Positions 22,103 through 34,997 of a stretch of DNA of 64,000 nt are shown here, piece after piece (the stretch's first letter is position 1; each line of letters starts with the position of its first letter). The position numbers and the translations under genes were made by a program. The DNA is from Macrostomum lignano. Lineage: Eukaryota. The notes beneath the pieces are model-generated. The model did not search any database, had not been told where the DNA came from, and was given only the letters and a program-made list of their open reading frames with translations. Location: assembly GCA_002269645.1 (NCBI GenBank), contig NIVC01000545.1, positions 62,001 to 126,000 on the forward strand. Direction: 5' to 3'.

Positions 22103-25100
22103 TATACACTATATATTTTTGTGTCTAAATTGAATGCTGTAAGCTACAAGAAAGTTGATCATTTGGCCAGTTCCAAGGATCTCTCCAAAACATGCTTGGG
22201 CAAGAGTGCAAATCAGATGTGTACTTATTGCATGCCATGGACAGCCAAAGTAGGACGCTTGCACTCGGAAAATCGAGCAGATTTCGGTGGAGGCAAAGGT
22301 TTCCTGTTTTCAGAACTGAGCTAGGAAATCTGCGCCCTCCCCCGTTTGGGAGGCAACAAAGAAAATGTTAATTTCTTAAAGAAAATGATGTTTAAAGCAA
22401 AAAGTATTAGCCCTGAAAACCAGCTATTTAGCTTAAGATATCAGCATCCCCTTTGAGCTTCGGCATCAATGCCTCTCTTTAGCATGTAAATTATTTTAGT
22501 GTATGTGTTTTAATGAGGTTTAGCTGAGTAATGAGGTTTCATTAGGGTTGTCGACCCAGGAGAGCTCGACTTCGTCAGATTTTCATCCATCTCTAACCTG
22601 CAATCAATTATTTTCGGACAGGGGCAGGAAGAGAGAAAAGTATTGAGTTTTTGCGCTATACTCAGAACTTTTTCCTTTAGAGAGCGCGGCTGATTAATTA
22701 TACCTTCGTACTCTGGAGTTTTGGTCCCCGTTGCACCTGCATCCCTGTCGGAGATTCGGAATATCCTCACTGACTGCACAAAGAGCTGAGCTACAGGTTT
22801 GAATGAGTCAGCTAGCAGTTGTAAATGGATTTAATTCTGAACTGTTTTCCCCGAGAACTCCAATTTTTCACGACCCAAATTTGTCCACCTGGCAGAACCC
22901 CACTCTCAGCACTATGCTTTCTGAGCCAAGGACCCCTGGAAGTAAGTGGAAGCTACGAAAATACGTTCCTTGAGCTCGTTTCTAAGAAAATTGAGAGTAT
23001 AGTGTCCTTTTACTTCAGTTGTCCATGTCATGAGCTCCAATTCGCAAGGCCTTACAATGACAAAGTCGGGGCCGCTGTACACCCAGTATGAGCAGGGATT
23101 CGTGCGTGCTCTCAGGGTCAGAGGAATGGTCATTGGGACTCGCCTGAAGCGCCCTTGACAACTAACAACCATATACATTCCAGCGCGACTGTCACAGTGA
23201 ATCAACTCAGTTCGCCATCTAACAGGGATGAGAAGCTCTCGCGAGCACAATGCTGATGCTTCTTCTTCCACAAAGAGTGGCAGCAGCATGCATCCGCGTA
23301 TAGTCATTATTTGAAAATCGAACTCTTGCTTTCTTTGTGTCTGTCAAATCTCATTTTTTATGACACTTTCTTCTCTTTACTCGTACTAAAGCTCATAACT
23401 CTTAAAACAAAAAAGCAAAAGCTTTAAGACTTTTGGAGAGAGAAGCATGCAATGTCGGAAGTAAGCCGATAGTTGTAGCTTTAAGACAGCCAGCACTCAC
23501 AGTGAGTGACGCCCTGAAATGACGAGAGCAGATTGCGTGAATTCTCATGCCTATAGGCTACACCTACATCCCCTCAGTTCATTCTGCTATCCGTTCTTTG
23601 AGAATTTGAGAATTTTGAGAAAGACGCTACAAACTCATAGGCTAAATTGCTAACGCAGACTGGCAATCCAGTAAAGTTTATAGTTGCTCCCATCTCTTTA
23701 GATTTTCTAGACTGGATTCGTTTGTCCATGACAAAACTGTTGCCATGGTCCTGACCGAACCGCGGCCGGGGAGAGCGCTGAACCCATCGTCGGCCGCCAA
23801 AGCGGTACCCGAATTGAATTATGAATCAAGAACTGAACTTGATTGAACTTTTGAACTTTTGACATGCGATCCGGAATCCCATGAATCCCATGTAGGGGGG
23901 GGTGGTGTTGTGGCGAGTGCGCACTGTGCCGAGGGTTTTTTTAAAGTACGCTATGTGTCGCTCCGGCTCACTCATTCTCGGTCAGCTCACTCAAGTCGAG
24001 TTAATGCCTGATGGAGCGGGCGGCGCAGGAATTCTTTCTTCACAGAAAAAAGCGCAGGAAAGCTTGAAGGAGTCGACGTGAGGAACAGCTAACTGCACAA
24101 AATATCCCATTTTCTGGGCAAATCTGAGACCGCTCGACCCGCGGCAATAATTCCATCTTGTTGCGCCTACCAGAGCGTATCTAATTAGCTTCTCAGGTAT
24201 GTCACCAGCAGGAATATTTCACACTTGGCTGCCAGATTACAATAGGAGCAGTGCGTGAGGAACTGAGAATCTGGCTGAAAAATTCACGCCAACAAAATCA
24301 GTCGTCGAGCTGAATAGCGATTTCATTAGTCATTCACAGCAATTGCACGTCGCTTTCCTGGTCTAGAGAGGAAAGTTTGTCATTAATTTTACATTGAATA
24401 ATGCTACGTCAAACGTTGGCGTAACGTAAAAACAATCTTCTTTTTCCAGAAACTTCGACCGATCCCCGGTACGTTGACGAAACGCCCGAGTGTTGCACGG
24501 GTCTGCAGGGGGTGAAGAGCCTTGGCCAATATTGAGCAGTAATCAGCAACTGCCATACAGGATCATAGGCTTTCTCGCCCAACGACAATGCAATAAAGTT
24601 AAACGTAATCCATAGGGAAATTCTACGAATTTTAGTGGATGAATTTTTCATCGAATCCCTTGGCTGTGCATGTTTGAGCTGGATTGGAATTTTTAAGAAC
24701 AAGAAATTGTCGGTGCTCAGAGCATCCCTGTGCGCGCCCGGGAGTCGGCAAAATTGGCACACTGTTGCGTTAATGCGAAATGTTTTTGAACGCCAAAAAG
24801 AAAGACGCAGCACTCGCAATTCTTGCTAATTTCACTCTGTGCAGGCCGCGCCACAACCGGCGAGAAGTATTACTACCCATTCCGCCGACTCCCTGAGCAG
24901 GAACACAAGCGCGCGGATGCGTACGTGCAGTCATATGCACAGCTCAGGCACACACACAGGAGTGTACAGCGACCCTTCACTGTACCTTGGGGGTTGGTCC
25001 TCACCTCAAAGTCGTTAATTGCACGAGCAGAACCAAGCCGAGATTCGAATATAGCCCCAAATTTGGAATCAAGCCTGGACCGCTGGCTCATTGCTGTAGA

Positions 25101-25401
25101 CGTCTAATAGTGAGATGGAAGCTTTAATTTTTCGACACAAAATTCATATCTCTGCTGATGGACTTCAGAAAGTGGGATTCTCAATTACGAGTTGGCTAAG
25201 TCTCGCATGTCTGCTTTATTTGAAACTAAGGTGAGACAGAGCCAAAACTATATTTAATTCTAGCCAGAGCTCATTCAGCCAATTCGTTTATGAGCACAAC
25301 TTGCGAGCGCAGCAGCCTTCTACTCCAGCTGTTCGTGAATGAGCAAAACCACTGGCCTCCTTGCGCTGGTTGCGGATCAGCTCTTACCCTAATTTGCTTC
25401 A

Positions 25402-25724
25402 AATAGTAGGAAAATAAACGACAACAAAAACATCAAATAAAATTTTCTTTCTAGCCAACGCGTTTCGTCAAACACGAGACGTCGTCAGGGCAAATTCAAT
25501 TAACCTTAATTTACAACACCAATATATTTAAGCAAAACAAACTGTACAGTCCAAAGGCGGGTCCAAACACGAGACGTCGTCAGGGCAAATTCAGTTAACC
25601 TTAATTCACAACACCAATATATTTAAGCAAAACAAACGAAACGCGTTGGCTAGAAAGAAAATTTTTTTTTATGTTTTTGTTGACGTTTATTTTCCTACTG
25701 TTTTTTAGTCGAGCTACACTTCCA
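25402..25724. mobile_element. Short Penelope-like retroelement-derived insertion with inverted terminal segment
   Basis: ~64-bp inverted repeats (25405-25468 / 25636-25699), internal 74-bp direct repeats (25469-25542 / 25564-25637), flanking 13-bp direct repeat CTAATTTGCTTCA (25389-25401 / 25725-25737), hammerhead inside. Confidence 0.6.
25451..25496 (-). ncRNA. Minimal type I hammerhead ribozyme (Penelope-type)
   Basis: Minus strand reads GCC-CUGACGA-C-GUC(UCGUGUUU)GAC-GAAA-CGCG-UU-GGC: core boxes, stem II, palindromic stem III, stem I GCC/GGC. Confidence 0.75.
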
Positions 25725-26413
25725 CTAATTTGCTTCATTTCATCATGAACTGTACCACTAGCCAAGCCTGAAAGCATCTGTAAGCCTAACCTAAAGGACA
25801 TTATTTCGGTTGTATTACTATTTTTAACACTTAGCCTGTATCGTAGTAGCATCAGCCTGAATCAGTAGGCATATGGCTACAGGTAGATGGCAGAGTGCGT
25901 GAGGAAGCGCGCCTGATTGGGAGATGGCGAAGAGTGTCGGGTAGTCAGTATCCTGCTCCCTCATCTCTGCAGGTGCTCCAGTCTTCTCGGATCTGCCGTG
26001 CCTGGAAACAGACCCGCATATTTCATCTCCTCCTCATCACCTCGCTTTGAATGCGAAAAGAAAAGAACTCGGCAACACTGACAGAACAGCCTCTCTCTCG
26101 GGGGCTTGAATATTAGGCTTCAAAAGATGTCTATTTTTGACTCCACGGAGGAATATGCATGCCGTTAGGTCAAGGCATTCCCTTGCTGCCAACTACACCC
26201 CGTCAGATGAGGAATCCGGAATGAAACAGTGCCAGGACTTCATTTTCTCAATTTTATAACAACGTGCGGAATGTACTTGATAAAAGAGTAGACTAAAGAA
26301 AATTCAATTTACTGGTTTAATTGATTGATTGACTAAAATAAATCAATCCGTTTACTAACTTATTGGAAGGCGAGCAGGGGATGAACTCCAGCTTCAATAT
26401 TCCTGAAATACTC

Positions 26414-27063
26414 ACTAGCACCCAAATCGCTACCCACTAGCACCCAAATCGCTACCCACTAGCACCCAAATCGCTACCCACTAGCACCCAAATCGCTACC
26501 CACTAGCACCCAAATCGCTACCCACTAGCACCCAAATCGCTACCCACTAGCACCCAAATCGCTACCCACTAGCACCCAAATCGCTACCCACTAGCACCCA
26601 AATCGCTACCCACTAGCACCCAAATCGCTACCCACTAGCACCCAAATCGCTACCCACTAGCACCCAAATCGCTACCCACTAGCACCCAAATCGCTACCCA
26701 CTAGCACCCAAATCGCTACCCACTAGCACCCAAATCGCTACCCACTAGCACCCAAATCGCTACCCACTAGCACCCAAATCGCTACCCACTAGCACCCAAA
26801 TCGCTACCCACTAGCACCCAAATCGCTACCCACTAGCACCCAAATCGCTACCCACTAGCACCCAAATCGCTACCCACTAGCACCCAAATCGCTACCCACT
26901 AGCACCCAAATCGCTACCCACTAGCACCCAAATCGCTACCCACCAGCACCCAAATCACTACCCACCAGCACCCAAATCGCTACCCACCAGCACCCAAATC
27001 GCTACCCACTAGCGCCCAAATCGCTACCCACTAGCACCCAAATCGCTACCCACTAGCACCCAA
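26414..27063. repeat. 22-bp minisatellite, ~29 copies (CTAGCACCCAAATCGCTACCCA)
   Basis: Nearly invariant tandem units; variants only in the last few. Confidence 0.97.
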
Positions 27064-27648
27064 ATATCACAGCCCCTATAGCACCTAAATCACTGCTCAA
27101 GCACCGATGTCACAGCCCCTATAGCACTTAAATCACTGCTCAAAAGCGTCAAAAGCTTCAATAAGGCCATGGGACATTCGCTATATTGACGGGATTAGGA
27201 TAAAACAAGCTTAGATTTTGCATATCCTTTTAGATTGCGAGCTTTGCTCCAAAGGATTGAATTGGCCAACACGAATAGAGCCCCGGCCGCAGTTGGCAAT
27301 TAACGCATGCACAAAACAGGCTTAATCAGTGTGGGCAGTTAAGCGTACGTGTAGTGCAAGCTCTTAATTAAATTTTCTACTCATAAAATACGATCGCCAG
27401 ACGAGATAACGAATAAAAAATGCAATATGACAGTCTCGATCGTGTCCGCAATTGAGTTCCAGAAAGTCAAAGATTCACCGATCATACATTTATACTCGGA
27501 AGTAGTCACATGACACAGCTCTTGCATATGCAGTATATCGCATATTTTGCGTTGCACTTAAGCTTACGGAAGATGAGGCCAGCCAAGCTAGCTATGAAAC
27601 TGTACCAGATGGAATTGGTGGCGGACAACAACGTAGACCGTGGTCAGG

Positions 27649-27915
27649 ATGAGCGATGAAAAGCACAGCCTCGTCATCGACGCCCTAGACAGGGGTGAGC
27701 GGCCGGTCGACGTTGCCCGATGGTTCCAGGTCAACATTAAGACTGTTTTGTCAACCCGAAGGCGATACGAAGTTACTGGACGCCGTCATCGATTCCCCCA
27801 AGGCCAAGGCGTCGGCCGAGTACCAAAACTTGCAGTTGCCCATGTGCAGCACCTCGTTGACAAAATCAACGCTAACCCGCTTCTAACCCTAGCTCAGATG
27901 AAAAACCTGCTGAAA
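27649..27915 (+). pseudogene. Truncated Tc1/mariner (IS630-Tc1) transposase, N-terminal paired-like HTH only
   Basis: VIDALDRGERPVDVARWFQVNIKTV...G.GRVPKL...NPLLTLAQM pattern; no DDE domain follows. Confidence 0.7.
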
Positions 27916-28623
27916 AACGTTTTGCTCATGTCCATGTTTTGCTCATTTTGGCTCATTGCCGGAACTGTGTTGCAGCTGCTGTTGTTTATTTTCCCACTCT
28001 GTTATGGCCAACCAAGCACCTGCCTATGTTCCCTCATTTGCTCATACTTTGCTCATTTGCTCATATGTTGCTCATGCTGACCGATTAAAATTATACCCTT
28101 GCCGCAACACCACCCACTGGGCGGCCGATTGAAAGCTTTTCAAACTGCGATAGAGCATGAATGGATTAAGTCTGTGCCCCAAGGCTAAAGTAAATTGTCC
28201 ACTAGCCACCAGTAGAATAGAATCTACTAATAGAATAGAATAGAGACCATAGAATCGATCGGCAGCTGCCCTTGCCAGTGTAATTCTGCCACTTAGGATT
28301 AAGTAATTTGCCTGTAAGCTTAAGTGCAACGTTTTCTGAACAGTGAGTGACACAGTCGTGCACGCTGTGTATACCTAGCTTGACGTTCAATTACCTAAGC
28401 TAGCTACCGCCCCTGATTCTGCCTTTTGGCCACTGGACAAGAATTGTGTACATTTGGTTTAACTTTCAATCTCAATCTATAATTCTCTCTCCTACCTACT
28501 ATACCTATGTATGTTGTCAAGCCAAGTTGTAATCAATTGTTTTCAATCTTACCCTCCTTACCTGTGTACGTTGCAAAAACCAATATTTAATCAATCGCTT
28601 TCAATCTCAATTTCTCAAATCGT

Positions 28624-28679
28624 TCTAATAAAATCCTGACGATGCACCATGGCGTGCGAAACGCGTTGAAGTTGTTAGA
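28624..28679 (+). ncRNA. Minimal type I hammerhead ribozyme (Penelope-type)
   Basis: CUGACGA (28636-28642)-U-GCAC(CAUGGC)GUGC-GAAA-CGCG-UU; stem I UCUAAUAAAAUC/GAAGUUGUUAGA with a 2x2 internal loop. Confidence 0.75.
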
Positions 28680-28860
28680 AATTGCAATCATATTCAAATG
28701 TTGATATTAAGCTTTCTATTTATTCTCAACGCAAAATGCTATATATAGTTTTTATAATGCACTGATACCAAATAAAGAATTTCGTTGTCTATGGCAGCGG
28801 AGATAAGCTACTGATAATCTAATCAAGTTTTTAACACTAGGGAATAGACAATGGATAAGT

Positions 28861-29068
28861 AATCAGCGGTCTCAGTACGTGACAACGAATCGTCTGGCGA
28901 GCGCCAAAGACAATTCGTTGTCACGTGCTGTGACCGTTGATTCTTTGCATTGTTTTTCTGTTTGACGATTTGTAGTAATGGATAAATAATCAGCGGTCCC
29001 AGTGCGTGACAACGATTGTCTGGCGAGCGCCAAAGACAAATCGTTGTCACGTGCTGCGACCGCTGATT
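28861..29068. repeat. Two tandem ~82-nt long hairpins (127-bp period)
   Basis: 28861-28942 and 28988-29068 each fold into a ~33-bp stem. Confidence 0.85.
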
Positions 29069-32000
29069 CTTTGCATTGTTTTTCTGTTTGACGATCCTAC
29101 AGACAATGCATTGTTTGTAGTAATGTATTGTTCTGCTTTAAAAATGTGAATAATGATCGTCAAACTGCTAAACAATGTATTGTGGCTTAATGTTCGCCAC
29201 TAGCCTGGGAACACTGGTGACATTGTTCTGCATAAAATGTGCGAACAATGATCGTCAAATTGGTAAACAATGCGAACAGGCACAATGAATTACATTAGAA
29301 TAATTACAATTTAACCAGGAGATACTCTAGGCATAAACACCGAGGCATTGTTTAGGACATCGCGTTGGACTCCAGTTCGAATGCTTTACGAGCTAGATGA
29401 AGCTTAGAGAAAGCTTGCAGAAGAAGAACTGCAGGAAACGGCTGCTAAAAGTACAAATGCAAACCAGAATCTGCTTGGCGCAAAGTCGCGGGTTCATCGG
29501 GGACGACCGCGGGGAGGGGGGGGGGCAACTCTGCGGGGATTACATAGCTCGTAATTCTGATGAAGAGTCCCGGCTGCATTTGCTGAGCAAATTTGCCGCG
29601 TGCTGTCTGCGATCTGTCCGTCTTATCGGAGCAAATGCGAGCTCTGGCTGCTGTTTCCGCTCCGCGCAGATGCGCGCCCTGTGGAATATCGATAATTGCA
29701 AATGGATGCTGATGAGAGTTTTACACACACAGCCAGCTATATTGTGGACATTTCATTATTTCAGTCTCAATCTAGCCACTGAGATAAAAAAAATTTTCTG
29801 GCTAAATAAGACATGCAGATTTCAATCCGCCTACTGTTATGAGTATATATAGCAGCTCTCTTATAGTTGCCACAAAACAACAGACATACCACATGCAGCT
29901 ATGAACTGAAACCTGATTCCATCTCAGATTTTACTCCCTTGACAGCAACGTTTGGAACAACGGCTTCGGATGAGGCCGAGCCAGCGAGGTCAGGCAGATG
30001 GAAGTGGACTCGACTTTCGAGACACATCCGGAGACAATGGTGCTGTGACGCTTCTGCTGGGAAAGCGACAGCGCTATATACGAGCTACTCGTATCGTTCT
30101 AGAGCAGTGATGGTGTCCGGCTGACACGAGCAATATCCTCTGCAGGTTGGAGTGATTCGTGATTCATCATCCGGGGCCACCTGCTTCACCCAACCTGTGT
30201 CTGACCATCGGTGTGCGTATGTACCACTTTGACCGACTGTCGGGCTTCCACTGGCGATTAACGGTCAGAAACAGTGCATCGTGGAAATTCTTTTGGAAGA
30301 CGTGACATATAATTGCGATACAGAGACAAACAATGCAGCGAATATGACCTTCTGTATAAAACGCCTTCACAACCTTCGATATTGATGTTTAGATTCATTC
30401 TGAAAATACCAGGATATCCAGACCGATTGTAACAGCTGACTATTAAAGGGCTTATAAGTGCAATGAATATCAGGCTGATATATACATCCATCGTGCATTT
30501 TCTATACCTCGGTTAGTAGACCTAGCTGAATGTCTATTAAACCATAACCCAGCATTCATCTTCAATGAAGAGTTTAAGAGTGGTGATCAGCAGTCACTCA
30601 AAAACTCCCACTTCTAGACACTGGGGAACAAGTGCCCTATAGGTATGTGCAAAATCAAAACATCTCTTACTGTAGCGGATCCTTAGTAGCTCTTGACTTC
30701 TTGTTTCGGCGGCGGTGAGGTGTTGCCTCTGTGAGTCGTTGACTTTATCTGTGCATGGGTCGACCAAAAGCGAGAGCGAATCAGAACTTGACGGTCCTCG
30801 AGCTCGGAATTAACAATAGAACGTGCGCCCACAATTGTAATTCTCTGAATATCTGTAATAGGACCTATATCTGTCCTCCTGAAGGGCGTTTTCTTCGCTG
30901 CGTCCGAAATGTAACGGATAACTCAAATCAAATCATTAAATCCTCTAGGACCCAAGGAAATAAGAGGCCTTTCTCAAATGTGTCGACAATAAACGGCTCT
31001 CGTATACTCAATTAATCATCTTATTAACACTAACAATCAAAGAACTGAATCCGGTAAACATGCACTTACCAAAAATTGGACAGTGTGGTCCCTCAGCGAT
31101 TAGTCTTCTTTGTTCCTTCAGAGTCAATTCTTAGAGACCGCTCTGAGTCTGAATTTTTACTCGGATTTTCACTTATTCTTATAGCAAAATTTTGGGGCAA
31201 AAACAGTTTGGGATCGGATATTTACAATTAGGTCATTCATGTTTGATTAGGCTGTCATGTATGTGAGCACCTACATGGGGTTTAAGTAAATACAGCTGGT
31301 TGAAAACCGGTTCCTTAATCAAACAAACGTTCTGAATCACTCTGTTTGCGCATGATTCCTAAAAATAGATAAGACCCGGCCATTCTAGAATTATTCGAGT
31401 ACTTTAAGTAGGGCTTTACGGTATGTATCCCTCTACATCAAGATGATTCCATCTTGGACTCAGCATTATTGTCCCTGTAAATCAAATCCGCAACGAATCC
31501 GCAGCCTTCGTGGCCTCAGAAATAACATATAAACGGGGATAACTTATTCAGCGCAAATAACTTATGCTAGATCAGCATACTGAGTTTTCACAATTGAAAG
31601 TGTCGGTATTTAAAACAAAGATAACCAGTTTGACATGCAAGTATATATTTTTCAATAGCTCAATGCGATAAAAAAATTTTGTTTTAAAGTCCAATTAAAA
31701 GATACATTTGCGATTTTGGTTTTATTGCAGACTTTTCTAGAAAACTTCCCTAGAAAAATCGAACTTTGTAACCTATAACAAGGTATAACATAAGTACCTT
31801 GTTCTGACTCCACGGACGTACACCTTATATATAGTACAACTTCTACATATGTAGCTTTGAAAGTATTTTTTTATAAAATTGTATAAAAACACCATCGAGT
31901 TTTGATAGGCCTAGCCATTCAGGGATACCATTTTTATATTTTTTATAAAATTGCATAAAAACACCATCGAGTTTAGATAGGCCTAGCCCTGAATGGCTTC

Positions 32001-32155
32001 AGGGCATTCAGGAAATCCAGACCATACTCAACAGAAATTGAGCTTAAAGTTATACTTAATAGGCCTAGTACTAATATAATAAGCTATCCTAATAACTAAT
32101 CCTATACTAATTTATAGGCCTATTCCTTATAAAGTAAATTGTCTATTCAATAGTG

Positions 32156-32460
32156 GAGGTTGGTAATGGCTAGGGTTCCAGCAAGCACCGGAACCCATTT
32201 TCTAATGGCTATGGATCCGGCAGTCTTCTGCAGGCAGTTATTTACTAATTAACTCTTGAACATTAGAAGCATCTTGATTTGAATCTCATTGTTTCATTTT
32301 GATCTTATCTTGAACAAAATCTCAATATCAACCACCCATTAAAAAGTAAAATGTTTCTGCTATATTATACCCATAAATTACACTATTTAAATACCACTGC
32401 TGGATCCATAGCTGTTAAAAATAGGTTCTGGTGCCAGAACTCTAGCCATTGCCGTGGAGG
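32156..32460. mobile_element. Degenerate inverted-repeat element (MITE-like)
   Basis: AATGGCTAGGGTTCC...GCTATGGATCCGGCAG inverted against 32393-32460. Confidence 0.45.
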
Positions 32461-32684
32461 GTGGGGCTAGGGCCTGTATAGATTTTCTACAAATGAATAT
32501 ATCTACTGACTACTTGAATAAAAATTAAGATTTTTTACTTTCCTATTACTATTATATTGCTAGTATTGCTACTTGTTGGAGAAGGAAAATACATGGAAGC
32601 ACTATCAGTTCTGGAATTTGCTATCTATGCTATGACTATAAGAGTTGCTTTTAAAGTAATTAGTTTATAATAGCCTATATATTC

Positions 32685-33607
32685 GGGTGCAGCCAAAATC
32701 GTCATATTTAAAATCGTCATATGATGATGACGACTTGAACAAATCTCGAAGACTTAAACATTTAAATATGACGACTTTGACCAAAGGCAAGGGTGTATGA
32801 ATTTAGGATTTTCCTACCTTCTGGCAAAAATCCCTTGCAGATGCACCCATAATTTTCTCTTGCTTGCTCCGACAGCCAGGTTCTCAAGTCTAATAAATCT
32901 AATAAAACTATAAAATAAAACTAAGTCTAAAGTGCACAAAACTAATAAATAAATTTGAACTATTCGAACGCAAAAGGAAAAAGACAAGAAAAAGAAAAAG
33001 GAAAAGGGGGTTGAAAATTAGGCGGCACATCAAGGCAGTATAAATATTAAAAAAGGAGGTTACACTCAACGGGTGGGGGTGCCGCTAGACACACTACTGG
33101 ACCAAAAATCCCATGCATGGAGACTACTGATGGAACGGCTCACAAACATGCAAGCAACAAAATTAAAACAAAAGTTTTGACCAAGATTCCAGCGGGGGGA
33201 AACTACTTTTCCAACCAAAGGAAGAACAGAACAATTTCTAGAACCTCCAGTCAATGGAAATGTGACAAAAATTGAACAATGAGTGGACAAAAATTAAACA
33301 TTTGTAGCAGTTTTCCTTTTAAATGAGTTATTAAAGTAATGAATGGTATGTTCAAATATCAATTAAGTGGCACCCGACTGCCACACATGACTACGGAGAA
33401 TACACTGTAAATTGTTTTAATTTGTTGGCAAACAAGAACACGCTGCCGCCATGAGCTAAGATCCTTGCGTAGCCAATGCAACACAATATGACGATTTAGT
33501 GAATGCAGCATTGTCCAATACTGAGATGATGACGATTTAGATAATTTAGTTGTTTTTCTCGTAAGCCGCAGATGACGATCTCAAATATGATGACTTCGGC
33601 CGGAACC
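32685..33607. mobile_element. Non-autonomous DNA transposon with 9-bp TSD (Mutator/Merlin-like)
   Basis: TIRs 28/36 identical, starting GG; perfect TSD TATATATTC at 32676-32684 and 33608-33616; internal TGACGA(C/T)TT repeats. Confidence 0.8.
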
Positions 33608-34056
33608 TATATATTCTTAGAATATATAGGAATATTCTTTAGGCTTTAGGGCTACTTGTTATATTATATTTGGACTTGTCTGACTTGCTTGCTTAGTTGC
33701 CAATAAATCAATGATATAAATGAGAATTATATATATATTGTACCTTATAACTCAATGTGTATAGCTCTGTTGATATTGATTTTATTAAATATAATCCACT
33801 TTGGTAATAGCCATTTTGGCAATAGCCACATCAGTAACTTTGGTAGCAAAGCATATTTACAACTATTGACATTTTATGGCATTCTTTCATTTTACAATCA
33901 CCTAGCACTGTCCCTATGGGAGTCGGGACTTTCGTTATACAATCCCCCCACAGAGAACAGAAAATTGCTCTTAAAATTGAACTTCAAAATAGGACCACTT
34001 CTAAGTGTGTCATTTTAACAAAAAATATTATGTCTTATAGAAGTTAGAAGCCTGTC

Positions 34057-34690
34057 CTTATATTCACTTTCGTTATGCAATCATTTAAATGGTGAAGTTA
34101 TATGCAGATGATTGCAAGACGAAACCGAAAGAGCTTGTAGATTTCGACTTACAATCACACCAATAGTAAAATTGTATTGGAGAGATCGTATGATGAAATG
34201 GTAGGAGATTGTCGGTATAATAGACGTTTCAACCAAACAATCAATTGCAGCCTCTAATATGTCCGCAAACCAAAAGCCACTCTCTGTTTACACAGCTCTT
34301 TTTGCACAGCCTTTTCGGGCATTGACGCCACCCTATGCCCCCCTCACTTTCGTCATACGATCACCACTCGGTATAACACATAGGTCCAATGAACTGGGGG
34401 GGGGGGCGGCGCTTGTGAATCTTATAATGAATACAATTTCATTCTTAAACCCTGTAGATCGTTGATGGAGATCAATGTAGCAGTTCATATCCATAGCTGC
34501 TGTGAACTGGTGCAACTTTGCCAGGGATGTAATGTGTAATCCATTCACTTTCATCATACAATCCCTCTAATACAATTCTACCAATGTGGTGATCGTAATT
34601 CAAAACCTACAATCTCTTTTGGTTTCATCTTGCGATCATCTACATATAACTTCACTATTTAAATGATTGTATGACGAAAGTGAATATAAG
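34057..34690. mobile_element. Foldback/MITE-like element with ~150-bp diverged inverted repeats
   Basis: CTTATATTCACTTTCG... and ...CGAAAGTGAATATAAG; arms alignable over ~150 bp; no clear TSD. Confidence 0.6.
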
Positions 34691-34997
34691 CTACGTGCTT
34701 TCATAACTAATGTTATGATGACGATCCTCAAGTTGACTGAAAAGTGAGTTGCAGTGATAAATTAGGTTGACTGGAAAGTGAGTTGCAATGATTTTGTTCT
34801 TGGAAAATAAATGTGAAATGTACTTTTTGATAAACTAGAGTGTCTTTTTGACTCTTTTTTAATAGGGATTGTAAGACAAAACTTGACCTGCTCAGGGATC
34901 CTAAAATGAAAGAATGCCCACTTTATTTTTATGATAAAACTATTGACTATTGACACTTTAGTTTTTCAATAGTTAATTTAATAATTTATATTTCAAA

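Noticed and set aside
22500-25110. Several 60-136-aa ORFs after the 3' LTR
   Set aside because: No recognisable motif or consistent splice chain; may be decayed TE coding sequence but cannot be supported.
26414-27063. CRISPR array
   Set aside because: Units are contiguous and identical with no spacers; it is a minisatellite.
29397-31015. Scattered short ORFs
   Set aside because: No domain signature; conflicting strands and frames.
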